This document shows positions 39,813 through 50,218 of a stretch of 64,000 nt of DNA, piece after piece; the first letter of the stretch is position 1; every line of letters starts with the position of its first letter. The DNA is from Segatella copri (GTDB lineage: Bacteria; Bacillota_I; Bacilli_A; Erysipelotrichales; Erysipelotrichaceae), in the NCBI GenBank assembly GCA_963654445.1, contig CAVKAP010000039.1:5208-69207 (forward strand). Direction: 5' to 3'. The position numbers were made by a program, and so were the translations under genes. The notes below the pieces were generated by a model. That model saw only the letters and a list, made by a program, of their open reading frames with translations. It did not search any database and was not told the DNA's origin.

Positions 39813-41107
39813 GTGTCTTTAAACCCTCCTCCTTGACTTGAATTCACAATAAATGAATCTGCATTTCTAGAAAAACGAGTTAATCCGCTTCTCCATACAA
39901 TTGGCTCGTCTTGCATCAAGACAAAGGCTCTTAAATCCGCCTTTCTTGGAACAATTTCTTGTCCATCGACAATATCTAAATCTTGAAAATCGATGACCTC
40001 TTGTGCAATAAATCGTCGTGGCTCCTTCTTTAATAAGGCAATAAAATCTTCTTTTTCTTCCTTATTCATCGAGCTTCCAAAACGGACACCATAGCCACCT
40101 GCTTCGGCAACATCTTTTAAAACCAAGGTATCAAAATGCTCTAAGACATAATCCATATCCTCTTGATAAAAAGGTAAATAGGTTGGGGCATTTTGTAGAA
40201 TTGGCTCTTCCTGTAGATAATACGAAATCATTTTTGGTACAAAGTAATAAATGCCTTTATCATCGGCAACACCATTGCCAGGTGCATTTAAAAGAGCAAC
40301 ATTGCCTTTTTTATACACATCATATAAATGTGGAATCCCAATCAATGATTCAGGATTAAAATTCATTGGATCTAAGTATTCATCCGATATTCTTCGATAA
40401 ACGGCACCCACCTTTTCTTTTTTATGATTGGCCGCAATATAATATAAAGTATCCCCTTCAACAATCAGCTCATCACCTGTAGCTAAATGAGCGCCTGTCT
40501 TTTCTGCTAAATAAGAATGTTCAAAATATGCGGCATTAAATCGACCTGGCGTTAATATGATATTATGACCACCTGTATTGACATAATCCATGGTCTTCTT
40601 CAACAGCTCGGCATAATTTCGATTGTCTTCTAAGTGCACATCATGAAAGGTCTTTGGTGAACATCGTCGACATATGTCTCGAGCAATCATTGGATAACTA
40701 GCCCCAGATGGAACACGTAAATTGTCTTCAAGAATATACCATTCTCCATTTTTTCCTTTGACTAAGTCAATTCCAGATATATGAGAATAAATATCTTTTA
40801 CTGGGCTTACCCCTTCGCATTCGGCCATATACCCACTGGATGCAAAAATAAAGTCCTCTGGAATGACGCCATCCTTCACAATCTTCTTTTCACTATAAAT
40901 ATCCTTCAGAAAAAGATTTAAAGCTTTCACTCGTTGCTTCAAGCCTTTTTCAAGCTGTTCAAATTCCGATGAAGCAATGATTCGAGGAATCGAATCAAAG
41001 GGAAAAAGCTGCTCTTTAAACTGTTGATTTTTATAGATTCCAAATTTAACACCATAGCGTGCTAATAATTCATTTACATGATCTTTATGCTCTAATAATT
41101 CCTTCAT
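39794..41107 (-). CDS. Circularly permuted type 2 ATP-grasp ligase
   Basis: FPFDSIPR, LEDNLRVPSG.SY, AYFEH, NGVADDK, GGYG, DLRAF and VNSSQGGGFKDTWV. Confidence 0.92.
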   Translation of the reverse strand: MKELLEHKDHVNELLARYGVKFGIYKNQQFKEQLFPFDSIPRIIASSEFEQLEKGLKQRVKALNLFLKDIYSEKKIVKDGVIPEDFIFASSGYMAECEGVSPVKDIYSHISGIDLVKGKNGEWYILEDNLRVPSGASYPMIARDICRRCSPKTFHDVHLEDNRNYAELLKKTMDYVNTGGHNIILTPGRFNAAYFEHSYLAEKTGAHLATGDELIVEGDTLYYIAANHKKEKVGAVYRRISDEYLDPMNFNPESLIGIPHLYDVYKKGNVALLNAPGNGVADDKGIYYFVPKMISYYLQEEPILQNAPTYLPFYQEDMDYVLEHFDTLVLKDVAEAGGYGVRFGSSMNKEEKEDFIALLKKEPRRFIAQEVIDFQDLDIVDGQEIVPRKADLRAFVLMQDEPIVWRSGLTRFSRNADSFIVNSSQGGGFKDTWVLSR

Positions 41108-41136
41108 ATTCAAGTCCTCTTCTTTCTCTACACAAA

Positions 41137-41214
41137 AAAGGTGCTTGGCACAAGCCAAACACCTTTGTTTGAAATCTATATATGTTTTTTATCATGCACA
41201 TTTTCTTCTGTCAA
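41137..41214 (-). promoter_or_regulatory. Leader with putative promoter (TTGACA-17-TAAAAA), terminator and competing AAAGGU-loop hairpin (ANTAR-like attenuator)
   Basis: Terminator 41137-41166; overlapping hairpin CAAAC-AAAGGT-GTTTG at 41156-41171; -35 at 41209-41214. Confidence 0.5.
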
Positions 41215-41850
41215 GAAATTTTGTAAGGCATGAACACTTTCTGCAATATAATCAGGATTCTCTTTGATCAATTCTTCTTTACTTCCATAGCCATAGCTTA
41301 CGGCAATACTAAAAATTTGATTTTTCTTTGCACCTTGAATATCAAATTTACGATCACCAATCATACAAGCAGTGGCAGTCGGATATTTTTTTAAGACAGA
41401 AGCAATCATCTCAGCTTTTGTATCCGTCTCTTTATGCGATAAAGAAGGCCCTACAATTTCTGTAAAATAGTTCAAAACACCTAAATGCTCTAGAACTTTA
41501 TTTAAATAAACCTGTGGCTTACTCGAAACGATTCCAAAGGTCATTCCTTTTTCTTTTCCCTCTTTTAGTAAATCGTCCATTCCTTCATATAAGCTGGTTT
41601 CATATAAACCGATTGGCATGTAGCGTTCACGATATTTTTGAAGCAATTGAACACTTGTTGCTTCATCCAATCCATAAACCTTTTGAAATTGTTCGGTTAA
41701 AGGTGGCCCAATGAAAGTTTTTAAGGTATCCATATTCTCTTCATGAATACCAATTGATTCCAATGCATATTGTACACAATTGATAATTCCCTTGGCTGAT
41801 TTAGAAATGGTGCCGTCTAAATCAAATAAAACAAGATCAAATTTCATCAT
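41176..41850 (-). CDS. HAD-IA phosphatase (Gph/5'-nucleotidase-like)
   Basis: FDLDGTI, FIGPPL, SSKP and MIGDRKFD. Confidence 0.9.
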   Translation of the reverse strand: MMKFDLVLFDLDGTISKSAKGIINCVQYALESIGIHEENMDTLKTFIGPPLTEQFQKVYGLDEATSVQLLQKYRERYMPIGLYETSLYEGMDDLLKEGKEKGMTFGIVSSKPQVYLNKVLEHLGVLNYFTEIVGPSLSHKETDTKAEMIASVLKKYPTATACMIGDRKFDIQGAKKNQIFSIAVSYGYGSKEELIKENPDYIAESVHALQNFLTEENVHDKKHI

Positions 41851-42467
41851 TCAAAGCTCAACAATAAAGCCATTTTAAATGGTGTCACTGCTTTTATCGC
41901 ATGCATGCCATTTTTATCAAATTTAAAATTTTCTCTGGCTTTTATTGGGTATTCCTTCCCTTCATAGCTAATAATGCCTTCACCATCAAGTGCAAAAATC
42001 AAAGCTTCAGCAGGTGCTGCATGCTCACTTAAACTACAACCAGCATCAAAGGCCATCACCACAAATTTCATCTTTTCATTGCTGACAAGGTCTTTATTAA
42101 TAATGGAACCTTCTTGATAAGGTAAAACATCCTTTAAAGAAAATACCTGTTTACTTTCTAGATTCATAAGCGTCTCCTTTAATTTTATTTCTAAATATGT
42201 GCAATCCTCCAAAGCCTTGATACCAAATGCTTCATTGGCCTTCATTTGAATTGCTTGTCCTTCTCTTAATGAAAAAGAAGCAATTTGACCACTATTCTTT
42301 AAAATCAAATAAAAGCTTGGATGAGGATAGCTTTCAGCACTAATGTCTGTCCCTTTTGCCAAGGAAAAAAGGGTAATATTTGCTGCAATTTCTTTTGAAA
42401 GGGTACAATCCTTAATACATGGACTTTCCTTCGCTAATTGAAAGATCCCTTTTGATTGAATTTTCAT
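41847..42467 (-). CDS. Double cupin domain protein
   Basis: TLFSLAKGTDISAE and LSEHAAP...ALDGEG...H.IKA...KMALL. Confidence 0.8.
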   Translation of the reverse strand: MKIQSKGIFQLAKESPCIKDCTLSKEIAANITLFSLAKGTDISAESYPHPSFYLILKNSGQIASFSLREGQAIQMKANEAFGIKALEDCTYLEIKLKETLMNLESKQVFSLKDVLPYQEGSIINKDLVSNEKMKFVVMAFDAGCSLSEHAAPAEALIFALDGEGIISYEGKEYPIKARENFKFDKNGMHAIKAVTPFKMALLLSFE

Positions 42468-42811
42468 ACGTCCTCCACAAAATAGTTTTCCGCATGACAT
42501 TTGAAAGAAAGCCAAGTTTCTTTCATCGCTTCATAAATATCAAAATCATTTCTTTGATAAATATAAATCCAGTCCTTTTCCACTCGTAATACTTGAACTG
42601 AAACATCCTCTAAGGCTAGATTGGATAGATCCTTATTATGATCATAGAGATCTAAAATGCGTTCTTCTAATAGATTGGAATGCTCTTTATAGATTTGTAA
42701 GATAAAGCGCAACAATTCTCGAATGGACTTAAAATAGACAAAGCCAAAGTCTTGATGATCATATTGTTTACATAAATAAGAAAATTGTTGCTTCGATAAA
42801 TGTATAGCCAT
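42464..42811 (-). CDS. Hypothetical protein
   Basis: Strong GAGGAGG RBS before MAIHLS; coupled to the cupin gene. Confidence 0.65.
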   Translation of the reverse strand: MAIHLSKQQFSYLCKQYDHQDFGFVYFKSIRELLRFILQIYKEHSNLLEERILDLYDHNKDLSNLALEDVSVQVLRVEKDWIYIYQRNDFDIYEAMKETWLSFKCHAENYFVEDV

Positions 42812-42869
42812 GAATTTCCTCCTCATGACTTTAGCTTATCTTAGAATGTGACATTCACTCTGTCATTTT

Positions 42870-43968
42870 CTAAACTTGACTTTTCAAATACGCAAAAATG
42901 AATTCATCCAATTTGCCATCCAATACATCTTGAACTTGACTGGTTTCATAGCCAGTTCGTACATCCTTAACTAAAGAATATGGATGCATGACATAGTTTC
43001 GAATCTGACTTCCCCATTCATTGGCAACTTGTTCCCCTTTGATTTCAGCTAGCTTCTTTTCTTGTTTTTCAATCTCTAATTGATATAAACGAGCCTTTAA
43101 AACACGTAAGGCTTCCTCACGGTTTTCATGCTGACTTCGTCCATTTTGACAGGTAGCCACAATACCAGTTGGCTTATGAACTAAACGAACAGCAGAATCG
43201 GTTTTATTGATATGCTGTCCTCCAGCACCCGAAGCTCTTTTGGTTTCAAATTCTAAGTCTTCATCCTTTAAATCAATTTCAATTTCATCATTAAATTGCG
43301 GCATAACATCAAGTGACGCAAAGGAGGTATGTCTTCTTGCCCCTGAATCAAATGGACTGATTCGCACTAGACGATGTACACCCTTTTCAGATTTTAAATA
43401 GCCATAGGCCTTATCCCCTTCCACTAAGAAGGTGACACTTTTAATTCCTGCTTCATCCCCAGGCAAATAGTCTAAAACCTTCACCTTAAAGCCATGTCGC
43501 TCGGCATAACGTGTATACATTCGATAAAGCATTGAACACCAATCACAGGATTCGGTTCCACCAGCACCTGGATGCAATTCTAAAATCGCATTGTTTTGAT
43601 CATATTCATGACTTAAAAGTACTTGAATTTCAAAGGAATCAAATTTTGGAAGACATTCTTGATACTCTTCCTCGGCCATCATCATTAGTTCTTCATCCAT
43701 CTCTTCCTTTAAAACATTGACAGTTTCTTCTAATGAATGCATTTGTTCATCCAATTGTTCATATTGTTCAACAATCGACTGCAAAGAATTTTTTTGACGA
43801 ATGGTATGTTGGGCCTTTTTTTGATCACTCCAAAAATCAGGTGACATTGTTTCTTCTTCAAGCGCTTTAATTTCTTCTTTTTTTTGAGCTAAGTCAAAGA
43901 GACTCACCTAGAGCTTCCAATTTCTCTAGGTGAGTAGCTAAGCCTTGTTTTAATTCATAAAGTTCCAT
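42870..43968 (-). CDS. prfB: Peptide chain release factor 2 with programmed +1 frameshift
   Basis: ATG 43968 gives MELYELKQGLATHLEKLEALGESL, then CTT TGA C (43899-43893) preceded by SD-like AGGTG; the +1 frame carries SPF and GGQ motifs. Confidence 0.95.
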
Positions 43969-46352
43969 TAAGCAGCCTCCTGTTTAATGCGTACCTTCAA
44001 CAGGAAGAAAGCAATTTCACGATTGATACGATGATTCATTTCATCAAACATTTGGAAGCCTTCCTCTACATATTGTTGAAGTGGATTGTTTTGGGCATAG
44101 CTACGTAAATGAATACCACCACGTAGCTTATCCATTTGGTCAATATGTTGGATCCAATTTCGATCGATATTTCTTAAAACAACTGTTTTTTCAAAAGGTA
44201 AGAATTGATCCTTCACTAAACGGATTTCATCTTCATAACCCTTCCATGCCTTTTCAACAATGTATTTCTTTACATCCTCTACTTTTTTAATGTTTTCAAT
44301 TTCACTGACATGAATGGCTTTTTCATCTTGAAGTCCAATCATTTCTAAAGATTTCACTAACGATGGACAATCAACACCTTTTTTATCACCTAAATTGGAA
44401 TCAACGGTTTCACTAAGAGCATTTTCTAAAATATTATGTACCCATTCATGGACATCATCACTTTCCAATACTTTATTTCTTTCTTCATAAATGATTTCAC
44501 GTTGACGTCTTAAGACATCATCATAATCCAATAATTGTTTACGACCATCAAAGTTATAGCCTTCTACTCGTTTTTGCGCCATTGTGATTGATTTCGTAAC
44601 TGCTTTGGATTCGATTTTTTCATCGCCAACCTTTTCAAATAATTTTTGAAGCTTATTTCCACCAAAACGAATCATCAAATCATCTTCTAAAGAAACATAG
44701 AAGCGTGAGAAGCCTGGATCGCCTTGACGACCACTACGTCCACGTAGCTGGTTATCAATACGTCTTGATTCATGACGTTCACTACCTAATACCGCTAAAC
44801 CACCAAGTTCTCTTGATTCAGCCGTTAATTTAATATCGGTACCACGACCAGCCATATTGGTTGCGATGGTTACGGATTTTGGTCGACCAGCTAAGGCAAC
44901 GATTTCTGCTTCTTTGGCATGGTTTTTCGCATTTAATAAGTGATGTGGAATGCCTTCCTTTTTCAATAATTCACTAATTAATTCGGATGTTTCGACCGCA
45001 ATCGTTCCGACTAGAACTGGTTGTCCTTTATGATATAAAACCTTTACTTCACGAACTAAGGCATCAAATTTATCGGATTTATGCGCATAGATTTCATCTG
45101 GTAAATCCTTACGAGCAATCACACGGTTGGTTGGAATACATACAACACGCATATTATATGTTGATAAGAATTCTTCTTCTTCGGTTTTAGCCGTACCTGT
45201 CATACCGGACAATTTTTCATATAAACGGAAGAAATTTTGATAGGTAATGGTTGCCAAGGTTGAGGTTTCATCTTTAATTGGAACGCCTTCTTTGGCTTCA
45301 ATGGCTTGATGTAAACCATCACTATAGGCACGTCCTGGCATTAAACGTCCCGTAAATTGATCGACAATGACAATTTCTTGTTCATCGTTTACAACATATT
45401 CAACCTCACGCATCATAATATAATTGGCACGTAGGGCTTGGTTAATATGGTGAACCAATTGTGTATGTTCGGCATCATACAAGTTAGAAATTTTAAAATA
45501 ACGTTCTGCCTTTGTGACACCAACTTCACTTAACATGACTTGACGGGTCTTTTCATCAATATCATAGTCACCACTAATCAATTTCTTTTCATGCGTAAAA
45601 TTGTCCATTTCATATTCTGGTTCGGTTAAGGTCTTTACAAACTTATCGGCTTGAATATATAAATTGGCCGTGTTTTTCTTACCACCAGAAATAATCAATG
45701 GAGTTCTAGCCTCATCAATCAATACGGAGTCGACCTCATCAATAATGGCCATATGAAGACCACGCATTACACGATCATCTACCTTTGTGACCATGTTGTC
45801 ACGTAAATAATCAAAACCTAGCTCTGAGTTGGTTGTATAAGTGATATCACATGCATAGGCTTCTTGTTTCTGACGTGGTGTTAATTCTCGCTTATTGACA
45901 CCAACACTTAAGCCTAAGAATCGATAAATTTCACCCATCCAAGCCGCATCACGACCAGCTAAGTATTCATTGACAGTAATTACATGCACACCTTGTCCTG
46001 CTAAGGCATTGGCATAGACAGCCATGGTTGCCGTCAAGGTTTTACCTTCACCGGTTTTCATTTCAGCAATATCACCTTTATGCATTGCTAGGGCACCCAT
46101 AATTTGGACCTTATATGGCTTTTCGTTAATGACACGACTTGCCGCTTCACGCGCTGTCGCAAAGGCTTCATATAATAAGTCATCAACGGTTTCACCATTC
46201 TTTAGACGTTCTCTATATTTTTCTGTACATTCCTTTAATTCATCATCCGATAAAGCTTCCATTTGAGGTGCTAGCTTTAATACTTTATCGGCTTCTTTTG
46301 CCAAGGAATTGATTTCTCGTTTTTCTTCAGAAAATAAACTCATTAATCCCAT
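43968..46352 (-). CDS. secA: Preprotein translocase ATPase SecA
   Basis: EMKTGEGKT, DEVDSVLIDEARTPL, ATNMAGRGTDI and RRIDNQLRGRSGRQGDPG. Confidence 0.98.
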   Translation of the reverse strand: MGLMSLFSEEKREINSLAKEADKVLKLAPQMEALSDDELKECTEKYRERLKNGETVDDLLYEAFATAREAASRVINEKPYKVQIMGALAMHKGDIAEMKTGEGKTLTATMAVYANALAGQGVHVITVNEYLAGRDAAWMGEIYRFLGLSVGVNKRELTPRQKQEAYACDITYTTNSELGFDYLRDNMVTKVDDRVMRGLHMAIIDEVDSVLIDEARTPLIISGGKKNTANLYIQADKFVKTLTEPEYEMDNFTHEKKLISGDYDIDEKTRQVMLSEVGVTKAERYFKISNLYDAEHTQLVHHINQALRANYIMMREVEYVVNDEQEIVIVDQFTGRLMPGRAYSDGLHQAIEAKEGVPIKDETSTLATITYQNFFRLYEKLSGMTGTAKTEEEEFLSTYNMRVVCIPTNRVIARKDLPDEIYAHKSDKFDALVREVKVLYHKGQPVLVGTIAVETSELISELLKKEGIPHHLLNAKNHAKEAEIVALAGRPKSVTIATNMAGRGTDIKLTAESRELGGLAVLGSERHESRRIDNQLRGRSGRQGDPGFSRFYVSLEDDLMIRFGGNKLQKLFEKVGDEKIESKAVTKSITMAQKRVEGYNFDGRKQLLDYDDVLRRQREIIYEERNKVLESDDVHEWVHNILENALSETVDSNLGDKKGVDCPSLVKSLEMIGLQDEKAIHVSEIENIKKVEDVKKYIVEKAWKGYEDEIRLVKDQFLPFEKTVVLRNIDRNWIQHIDQMDKLRGGIHLRSYAQNNPLQQYVEEGFQMFDEMNHRINREIAFFLLKVRIKQEAA

Positions 46353-46553
46353 ACAATTTCCTCCTATTTAAAGACAGTATGATACTTATACATTCTAGCA
46401 CAAAAAACACGCTTTTAAAAAAACTACACGATTTTAGCTACTTTTTCTGATTCCAATCCAAAGATTTATGAAAAAATTATTTTCTTAAGAATAAGCCAAA
46501 GACAAGAATTGAAATATGTTATCATTTATATAAGACATCGTTCGGAGGACTTT

Positions 46554-47426
46554 ATGACACTGCTACAATTTAAATATTTTATTGCCGTTGCAGAAATGAA
46601 AAACATCACCCATGCAGCTGAATACTTATATACTTCCCAACCTACTGTCAGTCGACAAATTCAAATGTTAGAAGTAGAACTTGGCTACTCTTTATTTAAT
46701 CGAAGAAGTAAGCCACTCGAATTAACCGAAGCAGGCCGTATTTTATATGATGGAATCAAAGAAGCATTTTCTCAAATCAATTTAACGCTTGATACCGCAA
46801 AAATTGCTTCCCAAGGAAAATCTGGACGATTATCGATTGCTTTTCAAATTGGCTATTATTGCGAATTTATGTTTTTCCCCATTATTGAAGATTTACAAAA
46901 TTCATGGCCATCCTTAAATATTACGTATACAAAATTAACAACAACCGAACAGCATGAAGCTTTAAAAACCGGCCGTGCTGATATCGTCATCGGTATTGAT
47001 TTCCCACATTGGCAAGAAGCCGGCTATGTTGTTCGAAAGCTTCAAAAAGAAGAAACATTGATTGTTATGTCAAAAAAGCATCGTCTTGCAAGCAAAGATC
47101 ATCTAGACTTTAATGATATTGAAGGAGAAACCTTCTTTTTGACCGAACCAAATGGATACCAAGTAGATAAGATATTTAAAAATATACTTTCTCTAAAAGG
47201 TGTAAAACAAATTGGCGTACCCTTATCTGAAGTAGCTTACTTTCGTACGATTGCAGATAACGGTCTAACAATTTCCAATCCTCACGATCCTTATTTAAAT
47301 AACAACCCTTATTTCCATACGATTCCTTTTAAATCGGATTATTCGGATACCTATGCTTGTGTTTATAATCCAGACAACAGCAATCCTGTTATTAAATTGT
47401 TTTTAGAAAAATTAAATGAAATCTAA
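46554..47426 (+). CDS. LysR family transcriptional regulator
   Basis: NITHAAEYLYTSQPTVSRQIQMLE.ELG..LF.R HTH; GGAGG RBS before MTLLQ. Confidence 0.93.
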   Translation: MTLLQFKYFIAVAEMKNITHAAEYLYTSQPTVSRQIQMLEVELGYSLFNRRSKPLELTEAGRILYDGIKEAFSQINLTLDTAKIASQGKSGRLSIAFQIGYYCEFMFFPIIEDLQNSWPSLNITYTKLTTTEQHEALKTGRADIVIGIDFPHWQEAGYVVRKLQKEETLIVMSKKHRLASKDHLDFNDIEGETFFLTEPNGYQVDKIFKNILSLKGVKQIGVPLSEVAYFRTIADNGLTISNPHDPYLNNNPYFHTIPFKSDYSDTYACVYNPDNSNPVIKLFLEKLNEI

Positions 47427-47428
47427 AA

Positions 47429-47450
47429 AGGAAGGACCTAAGTCCTTCCT
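47429..47450. terminator. Bidirectional terminator between lysR and the proC-like gene
   Basis: AGGAAGGAC-CTAA-GTCCTTCCT. Confidence 0.75.
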
Positions 47451-48257
47451 CTATTTTTGATTACCTAATTCTCTACAATGCTCTACCGATACCTTTACAA
47501 ACTCATGATACATTTTATCAAATCCCATAGATTCAATTTTTTCTAAAGCAGTAACCGTTGCTCCACCTGGAAGACGTAAGGCTTTTTCTAAATCTTCTAA
47601 GCTTATATCACTTGAAAGAATCATTTCAGCACTACCCTTCATTGTTTCAGCAAACAAACGAACGGCATTTTCTGGATCTAATCCTAAATCTGCTGCTTCC
47701 TTTTTCATTAAGTTTGCAATGTGATAGAAGAAGCCTGGAGATGATCCATTAAATGGAAGAATTTCAGCCATTTTTCCATCTGGAATTTCTTCAACTAATC
47801 CACAAGAGCTTAAAATAGCGGTTACATTCTTCACATCTTCATCTGTACAAGCTTCTGAGCGAGATACCGCAAATGCTCCTTCACCGACTTGACTTGACAT
47901 ATTCGGCATACAAATGACAATTTTATAGCCTTCTCCAATTTTTTCAGCATACCAAGATTGTTCAACACCAGTAACCACGGTCAACATCACTTGATCTTTA
48001 CGAATATTCGCTGCAAGTTCATCAATGATAAAGCCGACTACTTTTGGTGTTACACCCAATACCAACATTTCTGAATTATCAATTAATTCCTTCATGTTAT
48101 CAAAGGTTGTATAGCCTCTTGAAGCATAATCCTTTCTTACCTCTTCATTGATATCATAGATACCAATTTCTGCTGGATTGTAATCCGCATTCATTTCTGC
48201 TCCTCTGTGCATAGCGCGGATAATATTTCCAGCCGCAATAAATCCATAACGTAACAT
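47451..48257 (-). CDS. Divergent pyrroline-5-carboxylate reductase-like protein
   Basis: GFIAAGNI, CMPN, GSSPGF and PGGAT align with ProC motifs but are altered. Confidence 0.75.
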   Translation of the reverse strand: MLRYGFIAAGNIIRAMHRGAEMNADYNPAEIGIYDINEEVRKDYASRGYTTFDNMKELIDNSEMLVLGVTPKVVGFIIDELAANIRKDQVMLTVVTGVEQSWYAEKIGEGYKIVICMPNMSSQVGEGAFAVSRSEACTDEDVKNVTAILSSCGLVEEIPDGKMAEILPFNGSSPGFFYHIANLMKKEAADLGLDPENAVRLFAETMKGSAEMILSSDISLEDLEKALRLPGGATVTALEKIESMGFDKMYHEFVKVSVEHCRELGNQK

Positions 48258-48270
48258 ATCAATTCTCCTT

Positions 48271-49059
48271 TTAAACAATCGTTTTTATATATTGACCTGT
48301 AATTTTTTGACACCATTTCATATGTTCATCATCAGGTACTTCTGTTTCTGATAATGGATACTCTAAGCCTAGCTTTCGATACGTATCTGTTCCCAACCTG
48401 TGATAAGGCAACAATTGAAGATGATCCACTCCAGGTAATTCAGCTAAAAATTGTCCGAGTGCTTCTAATTCTTCCTTTGAATCATTGACACCTGGAATTA
48501 ATGGTCGACGAATAATTAATTTCAATTGTGGAATCCCTTGCCCAGCTTTTCTAATATTTTCAAGAATCAAATCATTCGATACCCCTGTATAAAGCTTATG
48601 CTTTTCTGAATCCATAATTTTTAAATCGACAAAAGCAGTATTTGTACAAGCTAAAATTCTTTCAATTTTTGACCAATCTCCATAGAATGATGTTTCAATA
48701 CAAGTGTTAATTCCTTCCGAACAAGATCGACGTAGAATGTTGTAAGCAAAATCAGCCTGTGTCAAAATCTCTCCACCGGATAAAGTAACACCTCCACCAG
48801 AATGAAAATAAAACGGAATGTCTTTACGAACTTCAATCATGACTTCTTCCACCGTTAAATTCATTCCATATTTGATTTCACCATCCAATGTGCTTTGGAT
48901 TTCCCTTTTATGACTTTCTGGTGTAGAACACCATCTACAACGTAATGGACATCCCTTTAAGAAAACAACCGTTCGAAGACCATCGCCATCATAAATGGAA
49001 CTTTTCTCAAAACGAAGAACTGTCCCTTGCATATCCATTCCTTCATATTTATCAAACAT
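48271..49059 (-). CDS. Glycyl-radical enzyme activating enzyme (radical SAM, no ferredoxin insert)
   Basis: DGDGLRTVVFLKGCPLRCRWCSTPES, GGVTLSGGE and LLPYH. Confidence 0.95.
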   Translation of the reverse strand: MFDKYEGMDMQGTVLRFEKSSIYDGDGLRTVVFLKGCPLRCRWCSTPESHKREIQSTLDGEIKYGMNLTVEEVMIEVRKDIPFYFHSGGGVTLSGGEILTQADFAYNILRRSCSEGINTCIETSFYGDWSKIERILACTNTAFVDLKIMDSEKHKLYTGVSNDLILENIRKAGQGIPQLKLIIRRPLIPGVNDSKEELEALGQFLAELPGVDHLQLLPYHRLGTDTYRKLGLEYPLSETEVPDDEHMKWCQKITGQYIKTIV

Positions 49060-49111
49060 ATCTAATCAACCTATTTTTTACATCTTAGGTATAACACGAG
49101 AAAGAAAACAA

Positions 49112-49154
49112 GTGAAATATCTGTAATGTATATTATTATTCATTATTTAAATAA
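49112..49154 (-). promoter_or_regulatory. Putative LysR-type operator/promoter element, copy 1 (before activase-proC)
   Basis: 33/43 identical, ungapped, to 54042-54084; adjoins TTCACT -35 and TGnTATACC -10. Confidence 0.6.
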
Positions 49155-49169
49155 GATTTATTTTCGAAT

Positions 49170-49201
49170 AAGCGGCCTTCATCATCCGATAAAAACCGCT
49201 T
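49170..49201 (-). terminator. Hairpin after the TIM-barrel gene
   Basis: AAGCGG...CCGCTT stem with G-U pairs on the minus strand. Confidence 0.5.
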
Positions 49202-49211
49202 TATAATTTAC

Positions 49212-50183
49212 TTATTTTTCGATAAAGTAATCACTTTCCCCATAAATCTTCTTAGCATTAAATCCAATACCAAGCTCTTTATACATGTATTCAACTGATT
49301 CCTTTAATCCTTGAAGCTCCATTTGACGTCCTTCTTCTAAGGTATGTCCAGATAAAGGAAGTTCGATTTCTAAGTCAATTGTATCTAATCCTTCTGGTGC
49401 TTCTTCTCTTAAGATATCCATGATTGCTTTACAATCTACATTTCCTTGACCAATAGCTGTACCTAATGAATGTGTTCCATCTGGATCCGCAAATACACGG
49501 TTGTCACAGAAATGAACGCAATAGCAATATGGTGCCATCTTCTTCACGCAATCTGCAATCCCTTCCATAACCATTAAAGAGTTAATCGTATCGCAGCATG
49601 CACCTACTAATGGATGATTTAATTGTTCAACTAACCAAATCACTTCATCCGCAAACAAATCACAGTGGTTTTCAATTGCGATTGGTAAGTTGTATTCTTC
49701 CATTAATGGAATGTTTTCGGCAAATTGATTGTAAATATCAATTAATTGCGTCATAACACTTGGTGCTAAACAAGAGTGAGAAGATTTTTCTGGATGCTCA
49801 ACGTCTGTTGAATATTTCACCAATTTACATCCTAATTTATGAGCAATTTCTAAAGATTCTTTTACTGTACAGTTCACACGAGGATCACTTGGCGCATTGA
49901 ATGAAATATTTAATTCCAATTCAATTCCTGCTTCTTCTGCAATTTTTCTGCATTCAGCTAAATGTTGATCAGATGTATCGTTTTGAATATCAACCAAAGT
50001 AATGTGTAAAACATCCAATCCAACTTCAACCGCAATATCAACTAAATCTTTAAAAGTAGCCACTTGTTCAAAGGAATGGTGTTCACCATATTCTTGGAAG
50101 CCCCAGCTTTCTCCAAATCCTGAAAGATGTAGTGTATAACTATGCATCCCCAATTTAAATTTTCTGTCGTGATTTTTAATCAT
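49212..50183 (-). CDS. Xylose-isomerase-like TIM barrel (sugar phosphate isomerase/epimerase family)
   Basis: AIENH...DTIN...VHFCD...IGQG..D...LEIE metal-binding pattern. Confidence 0.8.
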   Translation of the reverse strand: MIKNHDRKFKLGMHSYTLHLSGFGESWGFQEYGEHHSFEQVATFKDLVDIAVEVGLDVLHITLVDIQNDTSDQHLAECRKIAEEAGIELELNISFNAPSDPRVNCTVKESLEIAHKLGCKLVKYSTDVEHPEKSSHSCLAPSVMTQLIDIYNQFAENIPLMEEYNLPIAIENHCDLFADEVIWLVEQLNHPLVGACCDTINSLMVMEGIADCVKKMAPYCYCVHFCDNRVFADPDGTHSLGTAIGQGNVDCKAIMDILREEAPEGLDTIDLEIELPLSGHTLEEGRQMELQGLKESVEYMYKELGIGFNAKKIYGESDYFIEK

Positions 50184-50218
50184 GTTTTTTCCTCCTCTAT
50201 CTATGATTAATTTATCTA

